Origin: Eledone cirrhosa | Taxonomy: Eukaryota | Direction of reading: 5' to 3' | NCBI GenBank assembly: GCA_964016885.1 | Contig: OZ024746.1 | Coordinates: forward strand, 78,678,001-78,742,000 | Length of the DNA stretch: 64,000 nt | Shown: piece after piece, positions 61,635 to 64,000 of the stretch | Layout of the letters: the number at the start of each line of letters is the position of its first letter | How positions within the stretch are numbered: position 1 is the first letter of the stretch | Translations under genes and position numbers: made by a program | The notes under the pieces: generated by a model | The model's database searches: none | The model's input: the letters and a program-made list of their open reading frames with translations, nothing else | Told to the model about the DNA's origin: nothing

Positions 61635-62745
61635 GTTTAGACTGAAATGCCACATTGTCATACGAGAGTGGGCTAAAAATTTCATAGATTGAGCATGAAG
61701 GAATGATTCTAGAGCTGTGAAATCTTGCATACATTAATTTCAACCCTTCTTATTAATAACCACATTGTTTCTCTTTGGTCATTCCAAGAGGGTATCTTGG
61801 TCAGCCTATGAACTTTTCAGCCTATGGTCTTTTCAGCCGACCTTTGTAGGTGTGATCTACGGTTAAACAACAACGACAACAACCAATCATTGATGAAGAA
61901 GAAAAACATCGGAATGATGGCCACGGCTGGAAACAGCTTCGTTCATAAATTTGTGAATCAGTGATGGCTGGCATGCGGTTAAACCACAATAACAACAACA
62001 GCAGCAGAGGCACTATGCTACATTTTTCAATGGCCAGTGACGTTTATTACTTGTCACCACAGTGATGTTTATGACATGTGACCAAGAAAGAAAAAGTCTG
62101 CTCCAATGTCGGAGTGTATCAAGTTCACTATTACCTTGGTGTAAATATATTTAGAAAACGAACAGGAATTACTCTAAAGAGATAAACCAACAAACCAACA
62201 ATCCAACATACGTACACACATCAACATTTGCAGCCTTGGCATCCGTCCTTCTTCAAATCTAATGTTGCAAATCTAATGTTACTTCAATTAATTTTGGTAG
62301 ATTTATATCGCTTGTTGTACTCGTGTTGTACACATACACCAACTGGACACACACACAGTACATACTCACAGATACACAAACACACATACACACACATCGA
62401 CACACACATCGACACACACATCGACACACACAAAGATACACAAACACACACACACACAGACACACAGACACACACAGACACACACACACACAAAGATACA
62501 CAAACACACACACACACACAGACACACCCACACAGACACAGACACACACACGCAGATACACGCACATACATACATACGCACACACTGACACACACACACA
62601 CACACACACACGCGCACACACACACAAGCACACACAGATACAAGCATACACGCACACACATATACACACACACATACACATACGCACACACAGATACACA
62701 AACACAAACACACACACACACACACACACACAAAGACGCATACAT

Positions 62746-62794
<49 letters not shown>

Positions 62795-62836
62795 AATATA
62801 AACTCTCATAGAAATATACATTAATATATATATATA

Positions 62837-63007
62837 GGTAGAGGGTCGGACGCCATGTTTTGACGCATAGAGTTACGGCCCTTGCCATTCTGAGTTCAAA
62901 TCCCGCCGAGGTTAACTTTGCCTTTTATCCTTACGGGGTCGAGAAAATAAAGTACCAGTAATGCACTGGGATAATTGCTGGCCTTGTGCCAAAAGTAGAA
63001 ACAATTA
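62837..63007 (+). mobile_element. SINE family A (5'-trimmed)
   Basis: Match to the family consensus. Confidence 0.92.
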
Positions 63008-63085
63008 ATATATATATTTCTCATTTACAGACTTTTTTTAAATTGAGTGTATATCCCCTGTTAATGTCTGTCTATCTCTGTCTTT

Positions 63086-63143
<58 letters not shown>

Positions 63144-63197
63144 GCTTTGATTTTTTTACTTTTTTCTGCTTTGATTGCGTGCCCATATACAGACTAT

Positions 63198-63293
63198 ACC
63201 CCTTGATAAGTTCAGCTTGATTCCCGCCGTTCTAATACTGGTGGGTTAGTTCGGATCTAGCTATCGAAACGGCCGGAGCTCACCCGTTGGGGT
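63198..63293 (+). ncRNA. Type I hammerhead, U3-A8 variant, long stem II
   Basis: acccc-UUGAUAA-G..(agcuugauuc/ggaucuagcu)..C-GAAA-CGG..CCG-UU/ggggu; 3' half matches 9674 and 27526 copies. Confidence 0.72.
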
Positions 63294-63312
63294 CCTGAAT
63301 CTTTTCCTATAC

Positions 63313-63404
<92 letters not shown>

Positions 63405-63528
63405 ATTTGACGAATCAAAGAAAGGAAAAATAAAAGAAAATCAGACCCTTAAATACATTTTCAGTGCTATTTCCAATTTCACCTTCTCTCTACAACCACT
63501 GTTTTATATAGAACCTTACTTCCCTTTT

Positions 63529-63597
<69 letters not shown>

Positions 63598-63599
<2 letters not shown>

Positions 63600-63997
63600 T
63601 TATTAAAATAACAGATTAAAGTTTAAGCAAAGAATCGCTGCTTTCACCCTTAACGGGATCTTCTGAAACTAACAAAGTCAATCTGTGAACGCAGAAGTAA
63701 ATATTTCAAAAAATGTTGCAACCGAAGGAAGACAGGAAGACGATACTTTGGTTCGTGGAAACGTTCCCTGGCAAAGAACGTGAAAAAACGAAGATAATAC
63801 GTCATTATTTGGTCGGTGAAAACAATTATACACAAAGACAAAACCACGTTTATGGTATAAATGAAGTCGTAGACTAATATTCTCTTAGGTGGTTCATAGA
63901 GACGTTCTCTGGCAATGAACGGAAAAACACGAAGATCCCGTTAAGGGTGAAAGCAGCGATTCTTTGCTTAGACTTTAATCTGTTATTTTAATAAATA
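63598..63997. mobile_element. Foldback element: CAGAAGA hammerhead-like motif (63611-63686, minus) with an inverted partial copy (63931-63997)
   Basis: GAAGATCCCGTTAAGGGTGAAAGCAGCGATTCTTTGCTTA in both orientations; also at 35056. Confidence 0.85.
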
Positions 63998-64000
63998 TTT

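Overview
AT-rich, microsatellite-saturated eukaryotic non-coding DNA. The SINE families and (TA)n/(CA)n density look like an octopus/cephalopod genome (inference). No credible host protein-coding exon was found: nearly all listed ORFs are simple-repeat translations. The real coding remnants are 5'-truncated non-LTR retrotransposons (two CR1/L2-group LINEs, an L1/Tx1 fragment, two RTE 3' ends). There are also many tRNA-derived SINEs, a hAT MITE with an 8-bp TSD, and a tRNA-Phe copy fused to a LINE 3' tail. The most striking signal, found by hand on both strands, is about a dozen type I hammerhead ribozyme (HHR) motifs from several unrelated families. Most sit in short ORF-less foldback elements between (TA)n tracts, with four different families within 33.3-35.1 kb. 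Some cores are canonical (33476-33551, 34744-34833, 50252-50309); others carry recurrent variants (UUGANAA = U3-A8 swap; CAGAAGA). They are best read as Penelope-like pseudo-LTR or retrozyme-like units. All folds are manual and untested.
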